A stretch of 64,000 bases of DNA, from NCBI GenBank assembly GCA_029717555.1, contig JAMDHS010000026.1, positions 124,001-188,000 of the forward strand, in the 5' to 3' direction. This document shows, one piece after another, positions 32,153 through 44,750 of this stretch; positions within the stretch are counted from its first letter, which is position 1; each line of letters starts with the position of its first letter. The notes under the pieces were generated by a model, which was not told where the DNA came from, made no database searches, and saw only the letters and a list, made by a program, of their open reading frames with translations. The translations under genes and the position numbers were made by a program. This stretch comes from Peribolospora baueri. Lineage: Eukaryota.

Positions 32153-34165
32153 ATGTCCTCCGGATCTGGCAGGGCCGTCTCCCCTCGTCGCTCCCTCTGC
32201 TCCGCCCTCAACCCTCCCCCCGTCTTCGATCGTCGTGATTCCAGCAGCTGCACCTCTCCCTCTCTAAGCGTCGCTGACTCCAGTCAGTCTTCCCCGCGCA
32301 CTTCCATCGACCACGCTACGCCTCTCACACCCGCTGGCTCGTCCCCTTCCTCCTTCACTCTCATTTTCCAGGCCGAACGCCAGACTGATCTCGGCGACTT
32401 GGGACAGCGGCCCGCGGACGGAGGCGCCGATGGAGGCGACATGGACACCCTCAAGGACGTCGTGTGTGCGCTTCCTGCCGACCCAGCTGTCCGCCATGCT
32501 CCCGGCACCCTACCTCAGCCCCAGCCTGTCCCGAGCGAACAGCGGCAGCGGCCCAAGACGGCTCCATCGGCCACCTCGACAGACATGGTCCTTTCTCCCA
32601 TCGCCGCCGCCAGTCCCGTCGGTGCGGCCTCCAATGCCGCTTTACAGCCCCTCAGCCACCGGAGCTCGTCATCCGAAGAGGTTTCCAAGGCGAGCCTCGT
32701 GGACCTTGGGAACCACGACTGGATGCGCCGAACGGTCAGCGACGAGGCGGGCGCAATGTACACAGAAAGGATGGGAATGACGTCGTTTTCGTCTTCGAGG
32801 CGCGGCTCGCGCGTCATCTCCTTCGCGCCTGGCACGACGTACGAGTCCAAGGCGGCGCCGTCGCCCAACGTGCCGCCGGCCATGCGGAGACGCACCGGGA
32901 ACAGACTCGCCGTCCCTGCGAGACCACAGACCGCTCCAACGCCGTCCATCGTCGACGGCGCAGTGGCAGCGTCGGTACCGGCGCCGTTCGGCTCCGAAGA
33001 CGGCGAACTGTCGAGGAGGCGGAGGAGTCTCCTCGTGGATGACTTGCCCTTTCCGCTCGGACCGTCCAGGTCAGCCAGCCCGTCGGCCGCTCGGCCGGCC
33101 CACCAACGTTCGGCCTCCGTCCCCGCGTCCTATGCCTCCATCTTTGTTTTTCCGGGCCGAGAACACATTTACCCTCGCGAGTCGGTCTCTCGCAAGTCCT
33201 TCGAAGGCCAAGAAGAAGCGGCGGCGGGGGCAGCAGCTGTGATCCTGTCCTCCGAACCTCCTCGTCTCGTCAATCCCTTCAAGAGCGCGGCGAGCGGTCT
33301 GCACATGCCTCAGTCGGCCCGGAAGCTGCTCGTGGACAGCTCGGCGCTCCTGGACGACGTCGAGGACAGGCCTTCGACGAGGGCGGGCAAGGCGCTCCGG
33401 ATGCTCTCGAACGTGCTTACTCTCAAGTCCTTCCGCTTCCCCTCGCCTTCTGCGAGCACTCCGGCGCAGCGTAAGAGGATGGGCCCGAGGATGGCGAAGA
33501 GGGGCCAGGCCAGGGGGGACGACTTTTCGGAGACTGCGACGACCTCGGAGACGGTGACACGAGAGACGGCGGCAAGACACGCGATGGGCAACGACATGGT
33601 CGCCCCCCGCCCTAGTCGCGGCGACTCGACGACCCGCAGAGACGGTGACGAGAAGAGGGACGAGGACAAGGGCAAGGACAGGGACATGAGTTGCGAGGTC
33701 CGGCCGCGGCCTTGCCCTGTCCAGCCTCATCGTCGTCCGCGCTCTCCAAAACCTCCGCCGCCGCCTCCGCCGCTCCCCGTCGCGCTGGAACGTACGCTCT
33801 CGCGCCCCAGCAGCAGACCGTCGACGCCGAAACTGTTCGCCCTCAACCGGCGCTCTTCCCGACCGACGACGGCACCGTCCGCCTCGTCGCGGAGCCTATC
33901 GGAGAGGGACCTGGAGAGGCTCCGCGGTCTCGTCGAGGCGAAACGGCGTCAAGCCCTGTACGACGATGGTGATGAGGAGGAGGGGGAGGAGGAGGACGGC
34001 GATGACCGCCCATACCGTCGTCCGCTGAGGTCGAGGTCCGCGAGGAGACGGAGCGGCGGGGGATGGGGAGACGGGGGCGGGGGCGGTGGGGCGACGACGA
34101 TGTGGGCCGCCAGCGGGATCGGGTTGAAGGGCTTTGGAGGGCGACGGCCTAGTTCGAAGGGGTGA
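32153..34165 (+). CDS. Hypothetical intrinsically disordered protein (670 aa, intronless)
   Basis: Long uninterrupted ATG-started ORF, S/P/R-rich, with repeated RPxTAP motifs. No folded domain recognised. Confidence 0.65.
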   Translation: MSSGSGRAVSPRRSLCSALNPPPVFDRRDSSSCTSPSLSVADSSQSSPRTSIDHATPLTPAGSSPSSFTLIFQAERQTDLGDLGQRPADGGADGGDMDTLKDVVCALPADPAVRHAPGTLPQPQPVPSEQRQRPKTAPSATSTDMVLSPIAAASPVGAASNAALQPLSHRSSSSEEVSKASLVDLGNHDWMRRTVSDEAGAMYTERMGMTSFSSSRRGSRVISFAPGTTYESKAAPSPNVPPAMRRRTGNRLAVPARPQTAPTPSIVDGAVAASVPAPFGSEDGELSRRRRSLLVDDLPFPLGPSRSASPSAARPAHQRSASVPASYASIFVFPGREHIYPRESVSRKSFEGQEEAAAGAAAVILSSEPPRLVNPFKSAASGLHMPQSARKLLVDSSALLDDVEDRPSTRAGKALRMLSNVLTLKSFRFPSPSASTPAQRKRMGPRMAKRGQARGDDFSETATTSETVTRETAARHAMGNDMVAPRPSRGDSTTRRDGDEKRDEDKGKDRDMSCEVRPRPCPVQPHRRPRSPKPPPPPPPLPVALERTLSRPSSRPSTPKLFALNRRSSRPTTAPSASSRSLSERDLERLRGLVEAKRRQALYDDGDEEEGEEEDGDDRPYRRPLRSRSARRRSGGGWGDGGGGGGATTMWAASGIGLKGFGGRRPSSKG

Positions 34166-37001
34166 GGGGTCGGTCGGTCGCGAAAGGACGGACGACGACG
34201 CGTTTCGACATGGCGCCACGACACCGACCTAAGGGCCCGATGGCGTCGTGTCGTCCTTCGTTCCTCTAACTCTGACGAGACAAGACGTCTTGTTTTGTCT
34301 TGGCATACTTGCATTTTTCGGACATCCCATCCATCCATCCATCCATCCATCCATCCGTCATCCATCACGCTCTCTTTTCGCTCGTTCTTTCTTTCCTTCC
34401 TTCTTTCTATTTTTTCCTGGCCATCTTCCTCCGCCGTCCGTCCATCCGGTCACCCAACTCATCATCCATCCCTGCATGACCATCATGAGCATGAAGCATG
34501 AACGTGTACACAAGTCAAGTCGAAGTCGAGTCGAGTCGAGTCTGTCTGTCTGTTTGTCTGTTTGTCGATGCGGATGGGGGCGCATGCATGTAGCCATACG
34601 ATCCGATCCGATCCGAATCGGTTGGAGGTGGGAGCGACCAACGTCGTCGCTCGTCGACCGGTACGAGAGACGGAAAGAACGTCGCCGGGGGGGGGGGGGG
34701 CATGCGACATGACGAACAGGGCAAAGCGAACGGACGGCCGTCCACAGTCCTGGAGGATGGTGAAACGGACGGAACGAAAAGAAGAAGAAGAAGGAGAAGA
34801 AAAGAGGCGCATGCCAAACAAACCAAACCGACCGACCGACCGACCGACGCTCGCGGGCAGACGAAATGGGGCCGAGCCTTGGCAGCCATCCACCCTGCCT
34901 GCCTGGTCGCCTGGGTCGACCGACCGACCGACTCCACTCGTCCGTCCTTTTCTTTCTCCATTTTCTTTCTTTTTCCTGCCCGGATCGGATCGGGTCTTTC
35001 CTCACGGCTCACGAAAAGCTATTCATGCATGCATACATGCATACATATATGCATACATACATGCGGGCCGTCGCCGTGCTCGACCGACCTGACTGATGTG
35101 CGTCTGCGTTGCGTTTGCGTTGCGTGCGCAGCGTCGTCGCTTCGACTTGGAGTGGATTCGAGCGGAGGAGGAGAAGCGGGCGAAGCGGAGGGAAGCGAAG
35201 GTGGACGAGGAATTCTATTTCGCTCGGTCTTTTCAGTCCCTTCGGCCGCTTCCGCCGTTTTTTCTCGTGACGCGACGCATGATCGCCCGCTCGCTCGCGT
35301 GGAAGGAAGCAATGCGCGCCTGTTGCCTGGCCTTGTTAGCGTGATGGCCGTGGTGGGTCAGAAGGGCTTAATCTTTCGCACGATCGATCACTCGTGCTGG
35401 CTACTGTACTACGGACGGGCGGCTAGCTTCGTTCGAGTCGCACCGCATCGTCGTCGTCGTCGGCCACGGCGACGCATGCCTGCGTGCCTCAGACGCCTGC
35501 CAGTCGGCCTCGGCCGGGCCTAGAAGGGAGCGACTAGCGCGACGGCTATGGAGGGTAAAACAAGATCTCATCGCATCGCATCTTCCGTGCCGGAAGGCAC
35601 AGACGATGAATCAGGCACGCTCACATTCGGATAGATAGCGTCTGGATGGACGGAGTGGACAGAGAGCAGAGACACACGTTGCAGATGCGGGACCTGGCCC
35701 TGATCGTGACCCTGATCATGACCCTGGTCCTGATTCTCAACGAATTCCAAATCGAGCCAAGCCCTCGACGCGTGCGGTGCTCTTTCTTGGCACCTGACTG
35801 ACTGACTGACGCAATGGCGCGCATATTCGATGGAACGTGTGGCGCTCTGTTCGCCGCTGCAGCCTCTCACAATCGGTTTAGAGTGCAGGGAGATGGAAGG
35901 TGGTAGGTTGAGCCAGCCTTCGCTCGCTCTCTCTCTCTCTCGGACCCGGTCCCACACCTTCCTTCAGTTCCATCCATCTCTCCATCTTTCATCCGCCCTC
36001 CTTCTTTCTTCCCTTCCGCCGCACGCACATGCGCACGCGCACCCTCTCTCCCTCTCTCTTCGCCCCTCCTCGGCCAGCACCACTCCGCACCGCGTCCGCA
36101 TCCCCCTCCCTCGAATCACTGGACTGAATGCCACTCACCGCTCTTCTTCGCTCGGATCACTACCGGAACAGCTGCCCGTCGAGTCGAGTCGAGTCGAGAG
36201 TCGGAGTCGACCTGGCGGAGCAAGCCGGTCGCCTGGGTGTCCTTTGCTCCCCTCCCCGTCCCGTCCCGGCGGCGCCAAGAAAGATGGGGGAGAAGAGCGA
36301 CCTCGTTTCTCCGCCGCGGCTCGTTTCCATTCGTCGACCGAGAACCGAGAACGGGCGCGCTAAGCGGGCATTGTCGCCGGTCGTCGGCCTTCGCTCGCAC
36401 AGAGGCAGGGCCAGCCGAGTTTGCGAGATGGGCGCGACGCATAATAAGTAAGTGTAAGTAAAGCATGCGATGCCCTCGACGAGTGTCGGTGGGGGGGTGA
36501 AAATAGCCGAGACGAGACGTGACGACGACGACGACGACGACACCAGTCTCCACCGCTCACCGTCTCCACTCCGCCAAATACCAGCCAGCCAGAATCATCA
36601 CCACCGTGCGCCCTCCACCGCGGTCCTCCGCATCCCCCCAACACGACACATCACCATCCCATACTTCCCTCGCCCGCGTGAACCCTTCCTGGCCTTGCAT
36701 CGCCCCACGTCTAAGCTGCCTCTCATCCTTGCCTAAAGATCATCCCTTTTCGGCGCATATAGGAACCAAGACGAACGACAACCGCCCCGTCGACGACGGG
36801 CCCCATACGCCATCATGGCCATCAAAGACCCCAGCTTTGCCTTGGCCATCAGTCCTGGCTATGGCGTGAGTTTGGCCTTTCCCCGTCCATACGTACGCAC
36901 CGACGACCCTCACCGATGTCCCTTTCTTCCTTCCTTGCTCCTTCTCTTCGACCCCTCGCTCACAGGCCACCTCATGGCAACCTCTGACCAAGATCGATGA
37001 C

Positions 37002-40000
37002 ATGCTGACCCCCGTCTACGAATCGCCCCTCCAATTCGTCCTCCCAAACCACTTCGGTAACCAGCCCCCCGCGCCTTCCGACAAACCCACCTCGTCGGCC
37101 TCGACCACCGTCTCCTCCTCCGCCTCGTCTTCCTCGTCCTCGCCCTCGCCCGGCTCCGTCGCCCTATCTCCGCCGCCTTCGAAAGAGGGCAGGAAAAAGG
37201 CCTTGCTCAGCGCGTTCCTCTTTAGCGGCGCCGGCGCCGGCAAGCGAGCCAGCACCGGTTATCCAGACCCAATGGGCTTGGGCATAAGGGCCGCCGCTGG
37301 CGTTCCTGGCCCCCTCGACGACGCCCCCGGGTCACCGCCGGGTACGGCGAGTAGCGCCGCCTCTTCGAGTGGAAGTGCCTCTGTCCTTCCGGGAGGAGCT
37401 CCAGAGCCGGGTGCTCTCGCTGGCTCCGCCGCCGCCGAGCAGTCGATGACGTCGGACGCATTCCTCGGTGAAGAGCGAGAGAGGGTACATTCCCTCGACT
37501 CGGATTCCACCTTTGTCGCCCTCTCTCCGCCCTCGCCCGAACGGCCCGGAGAGACGCCGACGGGAGATGTGGACGACGACATGTCTGGACATCGGTCAGG
37601 TCGTCCACTGGCCGACCCGCGCGCTGCGACGCCGACGCCGACGATGACCGCCGTCTGCCCCTTACCTGGCCCCTTCCCCGCCTCGAACTACGCCTGTCGC
37701 TCTCCCACGTTCCCAGGTTCCGGCCCTGTTTCTCCGAGCTTTCATCGACCTACGCCTTCCTCCGTGGCCACCTCCGTCTCCTCCTGCCGCACCAGCGACA
37801 GCACCACCTTTGCCTCCTTCTCCTCCTGCGGCACCGCGCGGGAAGAGTTCTACGACTCCTCCAACGGGGACGGTGCACACGACGGGGGGGGAGACAACGA
37901 CGACTACGACGATGACGACGACGACGACGACATTTTGTCGTTTGCGACGCCCAACTCTTCACCGCCTTGCTCGCCCGTCATCGTTCATCATAACGCCGCT
38001 TTTCATAACGGCCACGAACGCCACCATCTGGCGCCCCCACGGCACGCCGGCGGCGTCCACGGGCACCATCAACAACAGATTTCGGAAGATGCCAAGAACG
38101 TGAACGTGACCCTCGCTCAGGCGCGCGCTGGCCTCGGCGATCTCGACCGCCATCGCCTGAGGGGCCCGGCGATCATGGCCTCTAGGAGGGACCGATGGGA
38201 CGACGACCCCGCCGTGCACGCTTTTACGCCCGCTTCCGGTTCCCCACGGCGCCCTCCACGGACCGTACTCCCCATCGCCGTTCGGGACGGCGACGCCGGC
38301 CGGGCTTCTCCGCCGCCGGCCGCCGCCGTCCCCCGTCCCAGACCTCGACGGCGCGCCAACTCGAATCCCGTGCGCCCGACGGCGATTTTTGTAGTCCGCG
38401 ACGACCCAGCTCCGCCCCTCACTGACGCTCAGTTGGCCCTTCTCGATGCCATCCGCCGTGGAGCCCATCTGGTGGACGCCGGCCGAGAAACGGCGGCGGC
38501 GGCGGCGGACCCAGACGCGGGCTTTTCTTTCGCTTCCCGTGACCGACCTCTCGGGCATTTGGAAGGCAGTACGGCCGTCGGATCGGTTTCTTCCGAACCT
38601 CGAACATCGCGCCTTCCCTCTTTGGACACGGCGGCGGCGGCGGCGGCGGCAGCGGCAGCAACGGCAGAGGCGACGTGTCGCTCGTCTCCCGTGCCGTCGT
38701 TCATCTCCCACAGTAGGTTCATGGGCGTGGTACGCCGGTCTCGCGCCTCGTTGCCTCCCCCTTCACGTCTCCCTCCTCCCTCCGGCCCTCCGCCGCCTCC
38801 TCCTTTCCCGATGCCCCCCACCTCGTCGAAACCGGACGCCCCGGCCGTTCCACCAGCAATCGCTTCACCGACGACGGCGACAACGCCCGCCCGACTATCC
38901 TCGTCTGTGAAGCCGAAAGCGCAACCGGGGCCGCCGGAACCTCAAACTCCTAACCCCCTAGAGGCGTGTTGCGACGAGGCCATGAAGAAGCTCGGGGTCG
39001 ATATCGTCTATCTGCTCCAAGTGGAGCAGCTTGTGACTCCCACTTCATCGCCCACATCCACCTCTGCGAAACGTGTCTCTCAGCCAGTCTCTCCGGAGTC
39101 GATCCACCATTTCCCGTACAAGACGAGCACGGGCACGCCCTTGCGGATGACCCTCCTGGCGTCCAAAGGCCTACCACAGGTCGTCCAGAGCCCTTCTTCT
39201 CCGCCTCCGCCAGAGCCGCGTTCTCTGCCCTCATCGCCGATCGCTTCTCCCAAGCTCAACAACAAGCAGCCCTTGAGCCCGTCCGCCGCGAACGCGAACG
39301 CGATCCCGCCTCAGCCCCCCTCGTCCGCCGCTCCGTACCCGGAGACGTTTGCAGACGCGGCCAAATCGGCCACTCAGGTCCGCTTCGTTCCCTCCATCCA
39401 CCTCCACGCCGTCATCAACCAGGGCGCCTTGTACCGCAACCCGGCCTGTTTTCCGTCGCTGGCTAAGAAGCTCCGTAAGGCCAAGGCCAAGAAGGAGAAG
39501 GCCAAGCACAACAGTGTGTCCGCCGCTTCGTTGGCTGGCGGTGGCGGTGAGCCGGAAGGGTCCCCGCGCTGGTCGTCGTCGCATCTCAGTTCGCCGTCAT
39601 CCGTCAGCGTGGCGACGACGACGACAACGACGACAACGACGACGGCATTCGGGGGTAGAGGAGGCGGAGGACGGAGCGCGGTCGTCGGCGGCGGAGAGTG
39701 GGCCGGTGGGATGAAGCCCATCGCGAGCGGCATCTTGCTCCCTGCGCTCGAGTTTGAAACGGCGCGTGGCATGTCGGTGTGAGTCGTCGTCTTCGTCTCT
39801 TTTTTTATGAATGGATGGCCTCCATCTGATCGTCCCAACATCTCTCCTTCTTTCACTCCGGCCGCCGTTTCATCCCTTTCAGCTCTGTCCTCCTCGTCGC
39901 CCTCACTCGGGATGAGAACCATCGATACAGCGCCGTCGACGTCAACATCGCCAACTCTCTCGTCGAGCAGGCCCTCTGGCTAGCGGGTGAGTTACTGCCG

Positions 40001-40156
40001 TCGTCGTCGTCGTCGTCGTCGGGTTCTTCCGCCGCCTCAAGCCTCTCCTCCTCGCCGACCGAACTGACGGCCGTTTCGTCCACCTCTTCCCCGTCCCGTC
40101 CGTCCGACAATCTGCTCGCGCTCGATGCAGGGCCGCTCGGAAAGGGTCCTCGTTAG
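37002..40156 (+). CDS. Hypothetical low-complexity protein with a possible split GAF-like C-terminal domain
   Basis: 926-codon first exon, then predicted exons SVLLVALTRDENHRYSAVDVNIANSLVEQALWLA|GPLGKGPR*. Hydrophobic structured blocks are interleaved with low-complexity inserts. The 3' exons are tentative. Confidence 0.6.
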
Positions 40157-40772
40157 CGTTCACCTCCGTTTCTCCACCTCCAACCGATCGATCGCTCGCC
40201 GGCCGTCTATTTTTTCCATCAACCCCGCCCGCTCACCGCTTGTCCTCTCCGTATCCCGTCTACGAGTTTAATTTTTCGTTTCCGTCCGTCACATCCTCCC
40301 GTGCCGTGCCGCCACCGTCAGTTTCAGTCCTACCTTCTCCTTACGTCATCCATATCGCTGCATCAATGCTCCTTCCTTTCCATTTTATTTTATTTTTCTT
40401 TTCTTTTCTTTCATGCCCGTCCCCATCACCCGCGTCTCTGCTTCACCACACATTTCACTATACCCCGTCCCCCAGAATCCGCCCGCCCTCTCTCTCCCCG
40501 TCATCTCACCTTTCTCTCTTTGAACTTGTAAGACGTAAGACGTCTCATGGCCGAATGATATAATGTACAACAAGAGAGAGAGAGCGGCCGAGCCGAGCCG
40601 AGGCACTCTGTGTGACAAGCGGCGAGTGGCCCGGAAAGAGTCTCGATGCGCCGTGCAGGCGGTCCGTCGGTCGGGGAGACGATATGGACGCGATGAAAGG
40701 GAAGAACGCGCGGTCGAACGAACGAACGAACGGAACTCGAGACGGAGACCGACACGAGGCAGGACAAGCAAG

Positions 40773-42511
40773 CTACGCTCGCTCGGCCGCCGTCGTCGTC
40801 GTCGCAGCCTTGCGAAGCAGTTCCTGCTTGCGGAAGATCCAATACGACTTGCGCATCGGGTCTCGTTCCTCCAACTCCTTGAACATCTGGATGTCCGGTG
40901 CGGTGCGGATATGCGTGCCAACGGGAGGAGGATTAGGATTTCTCGGCTTTAGATGGAGGACAACGGAGAAGAGAAGAGGGCGAGCGTTGAGACGGGCGTG
41001 TGTGTTTTGCTCACCCGAAGGCCCTCGTCCAGCTTTGCCTTCCTGTCCACCTTCGTCGACGACAACGTCGCCTCCAGCTTCTTCTCGGTCGCGTCGGCGA
41101 GGAACTCGATGGCAAAGACCGGGCTCGTCGGCGGAAGGCTCGCTCCGGGAGGTAACCTTGTCTTCTCTGTCGTGCCAGACCCAGACTCATCGTCGGCGGC
41201 AGGCGTGGTGGACGCCGCGAGGATAGAGCGGGCGAAGGGCTCGACGGTGGAGAAAGGAGTTTGGGTGCGGTTCAAGACCCTGAAAAGGGATGCGATCCAA
41301 ACGTAGAGTCGGTTAGACCCTCCTTCCGGCAGCGACTCGCTGCTGTTCTCGCGAGCCGCGACTCGCTTACCCTCGCAGATAATTCCAAGGACTGGCGTTA
41401 TTCGGGGTGAGCGTGATCTTGGACTTGGCGAATCTGCATAAAACCGTCTCATACACTAAGCGTAGTTCAGCAACGCAGAGACGAAGCAAACGAAGCTCAC
41501 TCGATTTCCTGCTGCACCACGTCCTCCTTCTTTCCACCTGTCTTCTCGTTTTCGAACACGACAAAAAATCGATGGCTCCACGCGCTGTTGTTCCTCACAT
41601 CCTCCTCCAATAGCTGTCCCACAAACGCCAGTTCGCCCTCCCAGAGCTGAGGGAGATCAAAATGGGAGAGGACCCATTGACGATAGGCCCAGGTGTGATA
41701 GTTCTTCGCGTCTCGCGCTAGTGAGGAAGCAATGAAGTCCAGTTCCCTATCAGGACTGTTCAACGCCGTTACAACCACTTTGCGGTGTTGCCTGTATGGC
41801 CAAAATATCAGTGATAGGTCAAATATGAACCCCAGCTGGAAGGGTGGGAGGACGCACACCCGGAACCATCAGACGTTCATCCACTCACCAGACCTGGTAA
41901 TTTTTCAAGTGCTCGTTGGCCAAAACGTCCATAAAATCAAGTTCTTTGTTAAGGTCCATGTTCTGCTCGAGCAAGATCTTCGCACGGTATTGCCTTCGCG
42001 CGCAACGTTAGGAAAATTCGAATCGAGTGCCGGTCAGCCTAAACTCAGCTCCGCCCCGGATTGGAATGGTAAGCTCACCAGATGGAGTAATGCGCAGGAT
42101 TCATACGAATAATCTTCTCCGTCAGTCGCAACGCCCGTTCACTCTGCTCTCCGTTTTTTACTACGGCGCGAAAAATGTCCATAGACCTTGAGTCTGTATG
42201 AGAGGAGCGGCCAAGTAAGATCGTCGGTGCGACATCGATCAGCTAGAGCTGGAGCGACACGAAAGGAGCAGGGAAAGGAGGAAAGGAAGCCACAAATTAT
42301 GGCCTACATTCAGATGAGTAGGCGATGGGTACCAGAGGCGCTGGACCATCGTCCTGTGGGGTTGGAACGATGTCGTGCCAGTCGTCGACCGGGTTGTGGA
42401 CCTTCGCCGTTGCCTGATTGGGTCCGGGCCATCACACCAACGGGTAAGGTCAACCAAGGGGATATGAGCAAAGCGATCAGCACAAGCGATCCTTCCTACC
42501 GAGCTCACCAT
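40773..42511 (-). CDS. RAM2: Protein farnesyltransferase/GGTase-I alpha subunit
   Basis: M|ATAKVHNPVDDWHDIVPTPQDDGPAPLVPIAYSSEY..., PPTA repeats KNYQVW, DAKNYHTWAYRQW, DVRNNSAWSHRF and PNNASPWNYLRG, and C-terminal DPMRKSYW. Confidence 0.93.
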
Positions 42512-42660
42512 GGTGAGTGCTGAGCGAGTGCTTTGCAATAAAGAAAGGGAGCGCAAAGCGAAGGGCTACCTAACGGCAATCGGGGACTATGGCCGGGGTA
42601 GCTGCGGCAATCGGTCAGCTCGCCGCCCGCCGCAGCTGCCTTCGCTACGCGGCTCTTTAC

Positions 42661-42671
42661 ACGCGTCGCGT
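42661..42671. promoter_or_regulatory. MCB-like element (ACGCGTCGCGT) upstream of RFA3
   Basis: ACGCGT plus an adjacent CGCGT about 130 bp before the RFA3 ATG. Confidence 0.4.
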
Positions 42672-42796
42672 GGGATCGACGACGAGGACACGACGACCCA
42701 ACGCCAGCACCAGCGGCAACGGCCAGACTCTGAAGAAGAAGAAGAAGAAGGCGAAACGAATCATCTCCATTTACTGCTTTGATTCATTGGCCGAAT

Positions 42797-43520
42797 ATGG
42801 AGAAGCCAACGCCACGCGTCAACTCGGCCGCGCTGGGCAACTACGTCGGCCAGACAGTGCGACTCGTCGGCAAGATTGTCTCGGTAAGTCCCTCCGCTAA
42901 TGGCTAGTGAGAGGTCGATATGGAGGAAATGAGGTTGTTTTTCGTTCTCTGCCTTGTCCGCGTGAGGCACCTCGCCAAAGAAAACCGGCTTCTGACGTCT
43001 CTCTTCCCTCGCCACATGGGGCTTTGCCTCCAGCTTTCTGGGGACACGGCGCTCGTAGAAGCTTCTGACCAAGGCCAGGTGCAGGTCGCGCTCAACCGGG
43101 TGAGACGAGCGTTCGGAGCGACGACCGAGTTTTACTTACTGGCTTGACTGAGCGTCTGGCTGACATTCTCCGCTTTTCCGCCGCCGCCGCCGTGTGGTTA
43201 TGTGCGTCACGCGAAGGACTCGCACTTTACCGACAACTTTGTCGAAATCATCGGCCAGGTTAAGGACGACTTGACGCTCATCGAGTACGCCTCGATCAAC
43301 ATGGGCAACGAAATTGGTGAGCATGACCGAAGCATCTTCAAACGCTGGCGATGCAAGACGCCGGCTGATTGCGCGAAAGAAAGGTTGCGGCATGCGAAGG
43401 CGACTGATGCCGGCGTTTCCTTATCATCTCTGCCCGCCCTCTACACGTGCAGACATGAAGCTGGTCGATGCTGTGGCAGCGCTCGGCCCACAATATCCCG
43501 AACTCTTCACTGAAAGCTAG
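42797..43520 (+). CDS. RFA3: Replication protein A 14 kDa subunit (RPA3/Ssb3)
   Basis: MEKPTPRVNSAALGNYVGQTVRLVGKIVS|LSGDTALVEASDQGQVQVALNR|DSHFTDNFVEIIGQVKDDLTLIEYASINMGNEI|DMKLVDAVAALGPQYPELFTES*. Confidence 0.9.
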
Positions 43521-44750
43521 TTCTCGCCTGTTCCATCGCCTCTTCGCCCCACCCCCCTGGCCACCAGCTGTCATCGTCCGGAGTAACCCTTCAACGACTC
43601 CATCTCTTCAAATGTAACAGTAGTAGCAGTGTTGAACGCGACTCGAACCTCGTTTGAGAGTACACTACACAACTCCTGTTTTCATCGGGAAAGTACGTAA
43701 AGTACGAGTCGACTTCGAAACTGGGGACCAAAGACAGCGACGAACGGGAGCGGACGAGCGTATGGACATGGATATAGTGGGTACGGGTGCTATGAAAGCG
43801 CCTTCGGGGCAAGCACCTACGGGGCAAGCGCCTTCGTTCCCTCCCCATGCTCAGCCAAAACGGAAACCGAAACCCGACTTGACTTCGAGGTCGCAAGCGT
43901 TGTTACGAAGCCCAACCCCAGCGTCGCCGTCCTCTCTCACGTCGCCATGACTCAGCGTTGCCTTGTCTTTGTCTGACAGACGCGCGCTCTATATCTGGCC
44001 AAAGCCGCCAGCCAGAGCTCGCAGACGCAAGACGCCATTCCCTAACTCAGGACAACGGTCAACTCCACCACGACGTCTGCCATCGGTTCGGAGTCAAGAC
44101 GAGATTGCTCTACATTGGACACGGCGACATGCAGTTACAGACGGCGCTGAACGCAGATGTCCCCATTTTCCTTCCGCCTTTCTTCACGTTCTGATGTGCC
44201 AATTATGTTTACCTCCCTCTGAACCAGGTTGACGCCACTCAGTATGTGGTTCAGCTACTGGGCAAAGGACGGAAGGAGAGGAAGAAGGACACGAGCAACT
44301 TGCTCAAGTAGATAAAGGATATAGCGGACCTGAAGCAGCGCGTCGACAATCTTGCGTTCCCTCCTTTCGGGCGAGAGATATCCACACGGGGGAAGGAAGG
44401 AGGGGGTAAAACAGGAACAAAAGAAGCAAGCTTCTATCTAGCCCGGGGACGACGGCTGCCAGCAGGGATAAACAAAATATTCGAAAGGGATGATCGATCG
44501 AATATGGAACGGTGAACCGGAGCGGCCACAAAGGGGGAAAGTGTACGAATATTCCACCCTTGCTCTCCAGTTGCGGCGCGTCCGCGTCGAAGAAATGAAG
44601 AACGAGCAGGGGCAGGAAATAATTGGAGAAGAAAGAAGGGGAAAGCGTTCCATGTGCATGGGCGAGCGAAAGAGTAAGAAAGGAAATGTCATATCGGCAT
44701 TTCGACTGGGGGATCCGCGATCGAGCGCATTGGAAACAAGACGAACAGGC

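Noticed and set aside
34200..36990. Many short ORFs and simple repeats (ATCC, CCGA, ATGC/ATAC, CT)
   Set aside because: Microsatellite-rich intergenic or UTR sequence; no coherent spliced gene could be built.
43600..44400. Possible small spliced gene or ncRNA between RFA3 and the kelch gene
   Set aside because: Some splice-like signals, but no recognisable protein or snoRNA box structure.
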